In this document: positions 23,018 through 32,092 of the stretch, piece by piece
How the letters are laid out: each line of letters begins with the position of its first letter
Numbering within the stretch: the first letter of the stretch is position 1
Source of the DNA: an uncultured Chloroflexia bacterium
Lineage (GTDB): Bacteria; Chloroflexota; Limnocylindria; QHBO01
Direction of reading: 5' to 3'
Length of the DNA: 64,000 nucleotides
NCBI GenBank assembly: GCA_963814375.1
Contig: CAWFCQ010000008.1
Coordinates: forward strand, 320,001 to 384,000
Notes under the pieces: generated by a model
What the model was told of the DNA's origin: nothing
The model's database searches: none
The model's input: only the letters and a program-made list of their open reading frames with translations
Made by a program: the position numbers and the translations under genes

Positions 23018-24028
23018 ATGAGCTACGCCGTCACGCTCATCCCCGGCGACGGCATCGGCCCGGAGCTGGCCGACGCCGCGAAGACCGTGCTCGAGGCAAC
23101 CGGGATCGGGTTCGACTGGGATCTCCAGCAGGCCGGTGAGGCCACGATCGCCAGCGAGGGCACTCCGCTGCCGGACCGCGTGATCGAGTCCATTCGCGCC
23201 AGCGGCGTCGCCATCAAGGGACCGATCACGACGCCGGTCGGCTCCGGGTTCCGATCGGTCAATGTCGGCCTGCGGCAGGCCCTCGAGCTGTACGCCAACG
23301 TCCGGCCGGCAAGGACGATGGCGGGGGTCGAGTCGCGCTACACCGACGTGGACCTCGTCATCGTGCGCGAGAACACCGAGGACCTGTACGCCGGAATCGA
23401 GCACCGCGTCGGCCCCGATGCCGCAGAGAGCATCAAGATCATCACCCGCGCCGCGTCGCAGCGCATCGCGCGCTACGCGTTCGAGTACGCGGTGAAGAAT
23501 GGGCGGCGCAAGGTCACCGCCGTTCACAAGGCGAACATCATGAAGCTGTCCGACGGGCTGTTCCTCGAGTCGGCCCAGCAGGTGGCGGCCGAGTACGCGG
23601 GGCGGGTCGAGTTCGAGGACCGCATCGTCGACAACATGTGCATGCAGCTGGTCCAGAAGCCCGAGCTGTACGACGTGCTCGTCCTGCCCAACCTGTATGG
23701 CGACATCGTGAGTGACCTCGCGGCGGGACTGGTCGGCGGACTCGGCGTCGCGCCGGGCGCCAACATTGGCGAGAAAGCAGCCGTCTTCGAGCCGGTCCAT
23801 GGCTCGGCGCCGAAGTACGCCGGGCAGAACAAGGCCAACCCGACCGCCCTCATCCTCTCGGGCGCCCTCATGCTCCGCCACATGGGCGAGACCGACGCCG
23901 CCGATGCCGTCGAATCGGCCGTGCGCGAGGTGATCGCCGAAGGAACGACGGTGACCTACGACCTTGGTGGGACCGCAGGCACGCGCGAGTTCGGCGAGGC
24001 CGTGGCGGCACGGCTCCGCCGGACCTGA
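23018..24028 (+). CDS. icd: Isocitrate/isopropylmalate dehydrogenase family, probably NAD-type isocitrate dehydrogenase
   Basis: [59 protein letters not shown]; TCA gene context. Confidence 0.85.
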   Translation: MSYAVTLIPGDGIGPELADAAKTVLEATGIGFDWDLQQAGEATIASEGTPLPDRVIESIRASGVAIKGPITTPVGSGFRSVNVGLRQALELYANVRPARTMAGVESRYTDVDLVIVRENTEDLYAGIEHRVGPDAAESIKIITRAASQRIARYAFEYAVKNGRRKVTAVHKANIMKLSDGLFLESAQQVAAEYAGRVEFEDRIVDNMCMQLVQKPELYDVLVLPNLYGDIVSDLAAGLVGGLGVAPGANIGEKAAVFEPVHGSAPKYAGQNKANPTALILSGALMLRHMGETDAADAVESAVREVIAEGTTVTYDLGGTAGTREFGEAVAARLRRT

Positions 24029-24158
24029 CGCGGAGCCCGGATCGCTTCGTCCCGAAGGGTTCCCCGGCGGGTTCCACCGCGCCGCCTCGGCTAGAATCGG
24101 GATGCCGCTACATCCGCATCGCCCGTTCGGCGGTGCCCGGTCGAGGGAGTGCGCTGGG

Positions 24159-24530
24159 TTGATCAACCTGTTCGGCTACCGCGTCTCGTGGGCGCAGCTG
24201 GCGTGGTTCGGCCATCGGGCCAGCGGGCTGGGGGTCCTCTTCTACCTCTTCCTGCACATCGTCGAGACCTCCACCGTCCTCTTCGGGCCGGAGGTCTACA
24301 ACGCCGCGGTCGGGATCTTCAAGAACCTGCCGGCGCGCCTGGGCGAGGTGCTGCTGATGGCGGCGCTGGTCTATCACGCGCTCAACGGGCTGCGCGTCAT
24401 CGCGATGGACTTCTGGCCGGGCCTGACGGTCTACTACCGGCCGCTGACGTACGGGGTGATCGGCGCGACCGTCGTCGCCATGGTGCCGCTCTCGCTCGTC
24501 ATGCTCCGCCCCTTCTCACCATGGGCCTGA
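24159..24530 (+). CDS. sdhC: Succinate dehydrogenase cytochrome b subunit (alternative start ATG 24102)
   Basis: HRASG, FLHIVET, YHALNGLRVIAMD; three TM helices. Confidence 0.88.
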   Translation: MINLFGYRVSWAQLAWFGHRASGLGVLFYLFLHIVETSTVLFGPEVYNAAVGIFKNLPARLGEVLLMAALVYHALNGLRVIAMDFWPGLTVYYRPLTYGVIGATVVAMVPLSLVMLRPFSPWA

Positions 24531-24534
24531 GCCG

Positions 24535-24984
24535 ATGACCACCGACGTCCGCCGTCCGCGCACGATCTACACGAACCCATCTCGGGCCGCGCGACCCCGC
24601 CCCGAGGCATCGGGGCGCGAGCGCTTCTGGTGGTATTTCATGCGCATCAGCGGCCTCCTGCTCGTGCTGCTGGCGCTCGGCCACATGTTCATCATGCATG
24701 TGCTCGTGGAGCTCACCGGTGCCGAGATCAACTTCGCCTTCGTCCAGAGCCGATGGGGGAGCCCCTTCTGGCGGATCTACGACCTGCTCCTGCTCCTCCT
24801 CGCCTTCATCCACGGGGCGAACGGCGCGCGGGTCGTCATCGGTGACTACGTGGCCCATCGCCGAGCGCGCAACGTGATCGTCGGCGCGCTGCTCGTGCTC
24901 AGCGCGGTCTGGCTCCTGCTCGGGATGGCGGTGATCGCCTTCTTCGACCCGGCCACCGCACCGCCCGTCGGGCCCTTCTCATGA
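24535..24984 (+). CDS. sdhD: Succinate dehydrogenase membrane anchor subunit
   Basis: FMRISG, LGHMFIMH, RW..PFWR, HGANGAR...DY. Confidence 0.88.
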   Translation: MTTDVRRPRTIYTNPSRAARPRPEASGRERFWWYFMRISGLLLVLLALGHMFIMHVLVELTGAEINFAFVQSRWGSPFWRIYDLLLLLLAFIHGANGARVVIGDYVAHRRARNVIVGALLVLSAVWLLLGMAVIAFFDPATAPPVGPFS

Positions 24985-26771
24985 CCCTCGTCACCATCGG
25001 CCGGCCGGCGATCCCGCCACAGCGCGTGCACCAGATGGATGCCGTCGTCGTCGGCGCGGGCGGCGCGGGCCTGTACGCCGCGCTCGAGCTGAAGAAGGAG
25101 CTCGGGCCCGAGGCCCGCATCGGCGTCATCAGCAAGCTCTACCCCTCGCGCTCGCACACCGGAGCCGCCCAGGGCGGGGTGTGCGCCGCACTCGGCAACA
25201 CCGAGGAGGACCACTGGGAGTGGCACTGGTTCGACACGGTCAAGGGCGGCGACTACCTCGTCGACCAGGACGCGGCCGAGGTGATGTGCCGGGACGCCGT
25301 CGACACGATCATCAACCTCGAGCACCTCGGGCTTCCCTTCGACCGCACTCCCGAGGGGCTCATCAACCAGCGCCGATTCGGCGGCCACACCCGCAACTAC
25401 GGCGAGGGGCCGGTGCGTCGCTCCTGCTTCGCCGCCGACCGGACCGGCCACGCCATCCTCCAGACCCTCTTCCAGCAGTGCATCCGCCACGACGTCACCT
25501 TCTTCGACGAGTACCAGGTGCTCGACATCGCCCTTCCCGACGGGGCGGACGGGCCGGTCTCCGGGGTCATCGCCCTCCAGACGGCGACCTCCGAGCTCCA
25601 CGCCTTCCGGGCACGGGCCGTCCTCTTCGCCACCGGCGGCTACGGCAAGGTCTTCAAGGTCACCTCGAACGCGCACACCCTGACCGGCGACGGCATGGCG
25701 ATCCCGTATCGGCGCGGGCTGCCGCTCGAGGACATGGAGTTCTTCCAGTTCCACCCGACCGGGATGTACAAGCTGGGCTTCCTCCTCTCCGAGGCGATGC
25801 GCGGCGAGGGCGGCTTCCTCGTCAACGACGCCGGCGAGAGGTTCATGGAGCGCTACGCCCCCACGATGAAGGACCTCGCCAGCCGCGACGTGGTCAGCCG
25901 AAGCATCTACCTCGAGATCGCCGAGGGGAGGGGCATCGGCGGCAAGGACTATGTCCACCTCGACGTTCGGCATCTCGGGGCCGAGGTGCTCGACAAGAAG
26001 CTGCCGGACATGAGCGGCTTCATCCGCACCTACTTCGGGCTCGAGCCGCTGACCGACCTCGTGCCGATCCAGCCGACGGCGCACTACGCCATGGGCGGCG
26101 TCCCCACCGACATCGACGGCCGCGTCCTGGCCGATGCAGGCGGCACCGTCGTGCCGGGCTTCTACGCCGCCGGGGAGGTCGCCTGCGTCAGCGTCCACGG
26201 CGCGAACCGGCTCGGTACGAACTCGCTGCTCGACATCCTCGTCTTCGGCCGCCGGGCAGGGCGTCAGATGGCCGCCGACCTGGCGGAGCTGCCGGCGCCG
26301 GTGCCCGATGCCGAGGCGGAGGCATCGGTCCAGTCACTCGTCTCCGGGCTGCTGGCCGGGAGCGACGGCGAGCGGCCGGCCGTCCTGCGCACTGAGCTCC
26401 AGGAGGTGATGTTCACGAAGTGCGGCGTGTACCGCACCGAGGAGCTGCTCACCGATGCGCGGCGGACCGTCGCCGAGCTACAGGATCGGGCGACGCACCT
26501 GCGCATCGACGACAGGGGCTGCCGCTACAACACCGATCTGGCCGATGCGCTCGAGCTCGGCTTCCTGCTCGACTGCGCGGAGGCAACCGTCGCCTCCGCG
26601 CTCGCGCGACGCGAGTCCCGGGGCGGCCACGCGCGCGAGGACTTCCCCGAGCGCGATGACAAGGGATGGCTGAAGCACACCTTTGCGACACGATCGGCAA
26701 GCGACGAGATCTCGATGACGTACAAGCCGGTGACGATCACGAAGTTCGAGCCGAAGGCGCGGGTGTACTGA
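24981..26771 (+). CDS. sdhA: Succinate dehydrogenase flavoprotein subunit
   Basis: GAGGAG, RSHTGAAQGG (FAD-His), QFHPTG, SEAMRGEGG, HYAMGG, VHGANRLGTNSL, RRESRGGH. Confidence 0.97.
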   Translation: MTLVTIGRPAIPPQRVHQMDAVVVGAGGAGLYAALELKKELGPEARIGVISKLYPSRSHTGAAQGGVCAALGNTEEDHWEWHWFDTVKGGDYLVDQDAAEVMCRDAVDTIINLEHLGLPFDRTPEGLINQRRFGGHTRNYGEGPVRRSCFAADRTGHAILQTLFQQCIRHDVTFFDEYQVLDIALPDGADGPVSGVIALQTATSELHAFRARAVLFATGGYGKVFKVTSNAHTLTGDGMAIPYRRGLPLEDMEFFQFHPTGMYKLGFLLSEAMRGEGGFLVNDAGERFMERYAPTMKDLASRDVVSRSIYLEIAEGRGIGGKDYVHLDVRHLGAEVLDKKLPDMSGFIRTYFGLEPLTDLVPIQPTAHYAMGGVPTDIDGRVLADAGGTVVPGFYAAGEVACVSVHGANRLGTNSLLDILVFGRRAGRQMAADLAELPAPVPDAEAEASVQSLVSGLLAGSDGERPAVLRTELQEVMFTKCGVYRTEELLTDARRTVAELQDRATHLRIDDRGCRYNTDLADALELGFLLDCAEATVASALARRESRGGHAREDFPERDDKGWLKHTFATRSASDEISMTYKPVTITKFEPKARVY

Positions 26772-26772
26772 G

Positions 26773-27295
26773 ATGGGCACCTCGAACCGGACCGCGCTCG
26801 CCTCTGGCTTGCCATCGGTCGGTGCCGTGAAGGCGCCCACCGGCTACGGCTTTCCCTCGACCGAGGACAGCTTCCTGCCGTGGGCGGACGTCGAGGCAAT
26901 GCTCGAGCGAGCGCGGACCTACTGGCTCGGGACCGTATCGCCGGACGGAACGCCGTACGCCACGCCGCTGTGGGCGGGTGGATCGACGGCGCGATCTACT
27001 TCGACGGATGCCGATCACGCGCTGGGCACGCAACCTGGCGGCGAACCCGAGAATCGAGATGCACGTCGAGGTGGACGGCTCGGTCGTCATGGTCAGCGGG
27101 CGGGCGGAGGACCTCGAGACGGACGAGGAGCTCGGCGCGCGCATCGTCGAGGCGTGGATGACCAAGTACGGCCGTGGCGCCCCCGAGCCGGTGCGCCAGG
27201 GCCTCTTCAGGCTCCGACCCAGCGTGGTCCGGGCGTGGAGCGAGACCCTGCACGACGGCGCCCGATGGACGTTCCCGGTGGCGGACGACCGATGA
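26773..27295 (+). CDS. Pyridoxamine 5'-phosphate oxidase-like (PPOX, flavin/F420-binding split barrel) protein; two frameshifts (~26972, ~27007)
   Basis: LPWADVEAMLERARTYWLGTVSPDGTPYATPLW / WIDGAIYFDG / TRWARNLAANPRIEMHVE across three frames; stop overlaps the sdhB ATG. Confidence 0.8.
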
Positions 27296-27999
27296 AGGTC
27301 CAGCTGCGGATCAGGCGCTACAACCCCGAGGCGGACAGCGAGCCGCACTGGGAGGAGTACGCCGTCGAGGCCGAGCCGACCGACCGCGTCCTCGACCTTC
27401 TCCACGAGGTGAAGTGGTACCAGGACGGCACGCTTACCTTCCGGCGCTCGTGCGCCCACGGCGTGTGCGGGTCGGACGCGATGCTCATCAACGGGCGCAA
27501 CCGGCTGGCGTGCGAGTACCTCGTGCGCGACGCCGGGCCGCGCATCACGGTCGAGGCGATCCGGGGCCTGCCGCTGGTGAAGGACCTCCTGGTCGACATG
27601 GAGCCGTTCTGGGAGTCGTACCGCAGCGTCAAGCCGTTTCTCGTCAACGACCAGGTGCCGGCCGATGGGAAGGAGCGCCGCCAGTCGCCGGAGGACCGCG
27701 ACCGCTACGAGGACACGAGCCGCTGCATCCTGTGCGCCGCGTGCACCACCAGCTGCCCGGTCTTCTGGGCCGACGGGGCGTATGTCGGTCCGGCCGCGAT
27801 CGTGAACGCGCACCGCTTCATCGTCGACTCTCGCGACCAGGCCGCGCAGGAGCGGCTCGAGATCATGGCCGATCCCGACGGCGTGTGGCGCTGCCGCACG
27901 ACCTTCAACTGCGTAGAGGCCTGCCCGCGCGACATCAAGATCACGCGCGCCATCCTCGAGGTCACAACGGAGATCGGCCGGGCGGGCGTGCGCTCGTGA
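27292..27999 (+). CDS. sdhB: Succinate dehydrogenase iron-sulfur subunit
   Basis: FRRSCAHGVCGSD, NRLAC, CILCAACTTSCP, CRTTFNCVEACP. Confidence 0.96.
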   Translation: MKVQLRIRRYNPEADSEPHWEEYAVEAEPTDRVLDLLHEVKWYQDGTLTFRRSCAHGVCGSDAMLINGRNRLACEYLVRDAGPRITVEAIRGLPLVKDLLVDMEPFWESYRSVKPFLVNDQVPADGKERRQSPEDRDRYEDTSRCILCAACTTSCPVFWADGAYVGPAAIVNAHRFIVDSRDQAAQERLEIMADPDGVWRCRTTFNCVEACPRDIKITRAILEVTTEIGRAGVRS

Positions 28000-28024
28000 C
28001 GATCGGTCATCGTTGCACGCGCTG

Positions 28025-28462
28025 GTGACACAGGACACGGCCGCCCTGCCCCGACCCCTCCGGCTCCTCATCTACACCGATGGTGCTGCGCGCGGCAATC
28101 CCGGACCCGCCGGCGCCGGCGCCATCCTGCGGGACTCGGCCGACGGGACGGTCGTGGCGGAGATAGCCGAGCCCCTCGGACGCGCCACGAACAACGTCGC
28201 CGAGTGGACGGCGGTGCGGCTCGCGCTGGAGGAGGCACTGCGGCTGGGCGCGACGCACGTCGATCTGCGGATGGATTCAGAGCTCGTCGCCCGGCAGATC
28301 AGCGGCATCTATCGCGTGAAGCACCCGGATCTCAAGCCGATTCACGCGGCGGCGATGTCGTTGCTCCGCACATTCGAGGGATACACGGTCGGTCACGTAC
28401 CGCGAGCGCTGAACAAGGACGCCGACCGCCTCAGCAACGTCGCAATCGACGGGCCGGAATGA
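28025..28462 (+). CDS. rnhA: Ribonuclease HI family protein
   Basis: YTDGAARGNPGPAGAG, TNNVAEW, MDSELVARQ, HVPRALNKDADRLSN. Confidence 0.9.
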   Translation: MTQDTAALPRPLRLLIYTDGAARGNPGPAGAGAILRDSADGTVVAEIAEPLGRATNNVAEWTAVRLALEEALRLGATHVDLRMDSELVARQISGIYRVKHPDLKPIHAAAMSLLRTFEGYTVGHVPRALNKDADRLSNVAIDGPE

Positions 28463-28473
28463 CCGGGCGGCTC

Positions 28474-28500
28474 AGAACATGTGTTCGAATCGGCTACAAT
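28474..28500 (+). promoter_or_regulatory. rnpB promoter (-10 TACAAT) containing a Gram-positive/Chloroflexota-type LexA box
   Basis: AGAAC-ATGT-GTTCG at 28474-28487; TACAAT at 28495-28500. Confidence 0.6.
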
Positions 28501-28505
28501 GCCGG

Positions 28506-28835
28506 TCCCTGGAGGCGGCTGGACGGCCGCGGGCGCATCGGTCGAAAGGCCGCGTCCGAGGAAAGTCCGAGCTCCATAGAGCAGGTCAGCGGGTAACGCC
28601 CGTCCGCCGTGAGGCGAGGACCAGCGCCACAGTGACGATGTCTCCGGTTCGCCGGAGGAGTGAAACGCGGCAAGCTCTGGCCGGAGCAAGACCGAATAGG
28701 GGAGCGCAAGGCGGCTTCGGCCGCAGCAGGCGGCTCGCTCAGCTCCCGGGTAGGTCGCACCAGATGGATGGCCGTCCACGGACCGATGCGAATCGGCCTC
28801 GTGACAGAACTCGGCTTACAGGCCGCCTCCAGGGA
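28506..28835 (+). ncRNA. rnpB: RNase P RNA (bacterial type A)
   Basis: GAGGAAAGTCCGAGCTCC (P4 5' strand), AGCGCCACAG, GTGAAACGCGGCAAGCTC, GGAGCAAG, ACAGAACTCGGCTTA; P1 TCCCTGGAGGCGGC/GCCGCCTCCAGGGA. Confidence 0.96.
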
Positions 28836-29072
28836 TCAGTCCTCGTCCTCCCGCCACACCGATCGTGCGGTGCAGGCGTTGCAGACGGGCCGCGCCTCGT
28901 CCATGGTGCCGAGCGGCAGTGGGTGCTCGGCGCCGGCCAGAAGGCAGTCGACCTGGACGCCGGGCGGGGACCCCGGCAGGATCGTCACGAAGCGCACCGA
29001 GCAGCGGCGGATGCGACCGGATCGCGCGATCGGTCGGCGCTCGTCGTTCCCCTCGATCGGGTTCAGCGCCAT
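28836..29072 (-). CDS. Small Cys-containing hypothetical protein (C-terminal CxxC)
   Basis: 78 aa; RC...DC...CNAC; GAGG before the ATG; TAGGCT -10 upstream (~29118-29123). Confidence 0.6.
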   Translation of the reverse strand: MALNPIEGNDERRPIARSGRIRRCSVRFVTILPGSPPGVQVDCLLAGAEHPLPLGTMDEARPVCNACTARSVWREDED

Positions 29073-29260
29073 GGCGGTCGCCTCGGGATTCCTGGGTGCC
29101 TCGATGCTGCTCGCGGCAGCCTAGCGACCTGAGCGCTCGGCCAGCAATGGCGCGTTCGTACCATGCGGCACGCCCTGCCGGCGCGTCGCGACCACGGTTC
29201 GGAGAGCGCTAGACTCATGCGTCCGCGGGACCCGCGGAGCCTGGGAGGACCACAGGGGTC

Positions 29261-30115
29261 GTGTTCGGACGGCGCAAGCGCGAGGAGGCGGCTGCCGAGG
29301 CAGTCCGCGAGGCCGAACGTCACGCCCTGTTCGCGAGGCTCGCCGAGCGACCCGAGCACATCTGCCCGTTCCTCGGGCTGGCCGCGGAGCGAACCGGGTA
29401 CGTCGAGGGCGTCAGCGACGAGCACCGCTGCTACGCGTTCGGTGATCCGACCTCGCTCTCCGCCGAGCAGCAGACCCGGGTCTGCCAGGAACGTGGCTAT
29501 GGCAACTGCCCGCGCTACCTCCGCGGCGTTCTCGTCATCCCGACGGAGGAGCTCGAGGCGCTGCGCCGCCCGCACGCCCCGCTGCCGGTGCCGGTCGCTC
29601 CACCGCCATCGCCTCCCGACGCCGAGCGACGACGCGGCGGTGCGCCGATCCTGCTGCTGCTCGCCGCGCTCCTGCTGCTGGTGGGCGGCGTCGGCGCGTT
29701 CCTCGTCTTCGGTGACGGCTTCGGCGTCGCCGTGGCCTCGCCATCTCCATCGCCTCGATCGCCGCCGATGTCGGCTCGACGCCGAGCTCACCGTCCGGGC
29801 TCAGCCTCGCCGGCCACTCCCGACGTCCGACGCCATTCGTCGATGCCGTCGCACCGGCTCCCACTCCCGTGCCCGGCTCAACGCAGATCGGCCATCTCGT
29901 GGTCTCGTCACGGCCGGAACCTATCCGACGATCCGCATGAACGAGGACGGCACTCCTGGCGAGGAGAGCAGGACTGATCTTCGACCGACGTCTCGGGCGC
30001 CCTGGTCGAGCCCGTCGAGATCGACGGGACGACCTACTGGGTGACCCTCGCCGGTGACTACACCGGCATGGCCTATGTCGCCGGGCTCTCCGGGGACTTC
30101 CAGATCTTCGAGTGA
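29261..30115 (+). CDS. Bitopic membrane protein with N-terminal Cys/His-rich domain; several frameshifts after ~29750
   Basis: GGAGG RBS; HICPFLG..HRCY..VC..NCPRY; TM ILLLLAALLLLVGGVGAFLVF; Ser/Pro linker; plausible C-terminus VEIDGTTYWVTLAGDYTGMAYVAGLSGDFQIFE*. Confidence 0.65.
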
Positions 30116-30283
30116 TGGGTGTCGCCCGAAGGGGACGCTCGAATTCGTCCGCGTCCCCGACGACGAGCGCTGATCTCGCCTCGCGGCTGACGCCGCGCCC
30201 TGACCCGCCTTCCGGCTTCGCCCCGCCGCGCCGTGCTGCGGCGAGACTCAGCGCCGCCCCTCAATCCACATGCGCAAAACCCC

Positions 30284-30355
30284 TTGACGGGTGGTGTTTG
30301 GCCTGTATAGTGGCGCCCGGTGGTTCCAAATGGGGCCAAATGGGGAAGAGTGGTG
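30284..30355 (+). promoter_or_regulatory. dcw (mraZ) promoter with 10-nt periodic MraZ-binding repeats
   Basis: TTGACG-N16-TATAGT; TGG(G/T)(G/T) repeats at 30321, 30331, 30341, 30351. Confidence 0.8.
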
Positions 30356-30368
30356 AACGGCAGGTCCG

Positions 30369-30818
30369 ATGGAGCGAGCTTCATTCCTCACCGGGGAGTT
30401 CCGGCACGTGCTGGACGACCGAGGCCGAGTCGCGGTCCCGGTGCGGTTCCGCGCCCGGTTGGCCCAGGGAGCGACCCTGGCGCGCTGGCTCGATGGCTGC
30501 CTCGCGATCTTTCCCTCCGACACCTGGCAGGACCTGGCGACGCGTCTCCAGGCCCTGCCAACGACGAACGCGGCCGCGCGTCAGTTCGGCCGATTCATGA
30601 GCTCGGGCGCGGTCGAGGTGGAGCTCGACCGCCAGGGGCGGCTGCTCATCCCGAGCTATCTCCGCGAGTACGCCGGCATGACCGAGAGCGAGGTGGTCGT
30701 GGTCGGCGCGCTGAACCGGCTCGAGGTCTGGGCATCCACGCGGTGGCAGCCCTATCGGTCCGAGATCGAGGACGAGCCGGAGGCACTCGCCGAGCATCTA
30801 TCCGACCTGGGCATCTGA
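30369..30818 (+). CDS. mraZ: Transcriptional regulator MraZ
   Basis: GEFRHVLDDRGRVAVP, ELDRQGRLLIP, VVGALNRLEVW. Confidence 0.95.
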   Translation: MERASFLTGEFRHVLDDRGRVAVPVRFRARLAQGATLARWLDGCLAIFPSDTWQDLATRLQALPTTNAAARQFGRFMSSGAVEVELDRQGRLLIPSYLREYAGMTESEVVVVGALNRLEVWASTRWQPYRSEIEDEPEALAEHLSDLGI

Positions 30819-30887
30819 CAGTGCTCAGCCATTCATGCGTCTCCGGGCCGCTCGGCCCGTCGTCCGACAATCGAGGTGCAGCGCCAA

Positions 30888-31868
30888 ATGGGAGAAGGGC
30901 ACCTGCCGGTCCTGGTCGACGAGGTCGTTACCTCGCTGGCCGTGGGTCCCGGCAGCTCCATGGCGGATTGCACGGTCGGCGGCGGTGGGCACGCCGAGCG
31001 GCTCCTGGAGGCCGCGTCTCCGGGTGGCCGCCTGCTCGGCCTCGATGCCGATCGGGCGGCCATCTCGGAGGCGAATCGCGTCCTGGAACGCTTCGGGGGA
31101 CGAGCGGTCCTGCGACACGCGAACTTCGAGTCGATCTACGACGAGGCGACGGCGACCGGGTTCATTCCGCTCGACGCCGTCCTCTTCGACCTCGGGCTGA
31201 GCAGCTACCAGCTGGCCGATCCGCGCCGGGGATTCAGCTTCACGGCCGATGGGCCGCCGGACATGCGTTTCGATGAAGCGAGTGGTGTATCGGCCCTTGA
31301 GCTCATCGACAGCTCCACGGAGCGAGAGCTCGCCGGAATCCTCGCGACGTTTGGTGAGGAGCGCCGTGCTGGCCGCATCGCGAAGGCGATCGTGGCGGCG
31401 CGCGAGGAGGGCCGGCTCATGACCGCCGCCGAGCTCGCGGCGCTGGTTGCCAGCGTTGCACCGGCAAGGCGCGGCAGCGCGGACGCGGGTCGCATCCATC
31501 CGGCGACCCGCACCTTCCAGGCACTGCGGATCGCGGTGAACCGGGAGGTCGAGGTGCTGACCGCGGGCATGGCCGGTGCCATGGCCGCGCTGCGTCCCGG
31601 CGGCCGGATGGCCGTCATCAGCTACCACAGCATCGAGGACCGGATCGTCAAGCGCTTCGTGGCGCGAGAGAGTCGGGACTGCATCGAGGATCCGCTGCCG
31701 CCGGTCTGTACCTGCGGCCACCGCGCGCAGCTCCGCGCGGTCACCAAGGGCGTTGTCACCGCCAGCCCCAGCGAGGTTCGGCGGAATCGCCGCGCACGCA
31801 GCGCAAAGCTGCGAGTCGCCGAGAAGCTCGCCTCGGACGCGAGCAGCACGAGGAGGGTCACCGAATGA
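30888..31868 (+). CDS. rsmH: 16S rRNA m4C1402 methyltransferase
   Basis: HLPVLVDE, DCTVGGGGH, DLGLSSYQL, RGFSF, HPATRTFQALRIAVN, ISYHSIEDRIVK, RARSAKLR. Confidence 0.96.
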   Translation: MGEGHLPVLVDEVVTSLAVGPGSSMADCTVGGGGHAERLLEAASPGGRLLGLDADRAAISEANRVLERFGGRAVLRHANFESIYDEATATGFIPLDAVLFDLGLSSYQLADPRRGFSFTADGPPDMRFDEASGVSALELIDSSTERELAGILATFGEERRAGRIAKAIVAAREEGRLMTAAELAALVASVAPARRGSADAGRIHPATRTFQALRIAVNREVEVLTAGMAGAMAALRPGGRMAVISYHSIEDRIVKRFVARESRDCIEDPLPPVCTCGHRAQLRAVTKGVVTASPSEVRRNRRARSAKLRVAEKLASDASSTRRVTE

Positions 31869-32077
31869 GCAAGGGGCGGCCACGCCACCAGGCCAGCCGG
31901 CGCCGCATGTACTCGGCCCGGCAGCGCGATCTCCGCGAGCGCCGCACGCACGCGGCCAGAGAGACCGACTACTGGCTCAGCGACGAGATTGCCGCCTTCG
32001 AGATCGAGGAGAGGCTCGACTTCGAGGCACCCACGACCTTCGTCACGCCGTCGCGCCGGCGCGCGACGGCGGCCTGA
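31865..32077 (+). CDS. Small hypothetical protein inside the dcw operon
   Basis: GAGGAGGG RBS; ATGA overlap with rsmH; fills the gap to ftsL; basic N-half, acidic C-half. Confidence 0.65.
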   Translation: MSKGRPRHQASRRRMYSARQRDLRERRTHAARETDYWLSDEIAAFEIEERLDFEAPTTFVTPSRRRATAA

Positions 32078-32092
32078 GGCGGACGATCGACG

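Noticed and set aside
26773-27999. Apparent 408-aa PPOX-SdhB fusion ORF
   Set aside because: The middle of this frame is not protein-like. PPOX homology moves through two other frames and ends at TGA 27295, overlapping the true sdhB ATG at 27292.
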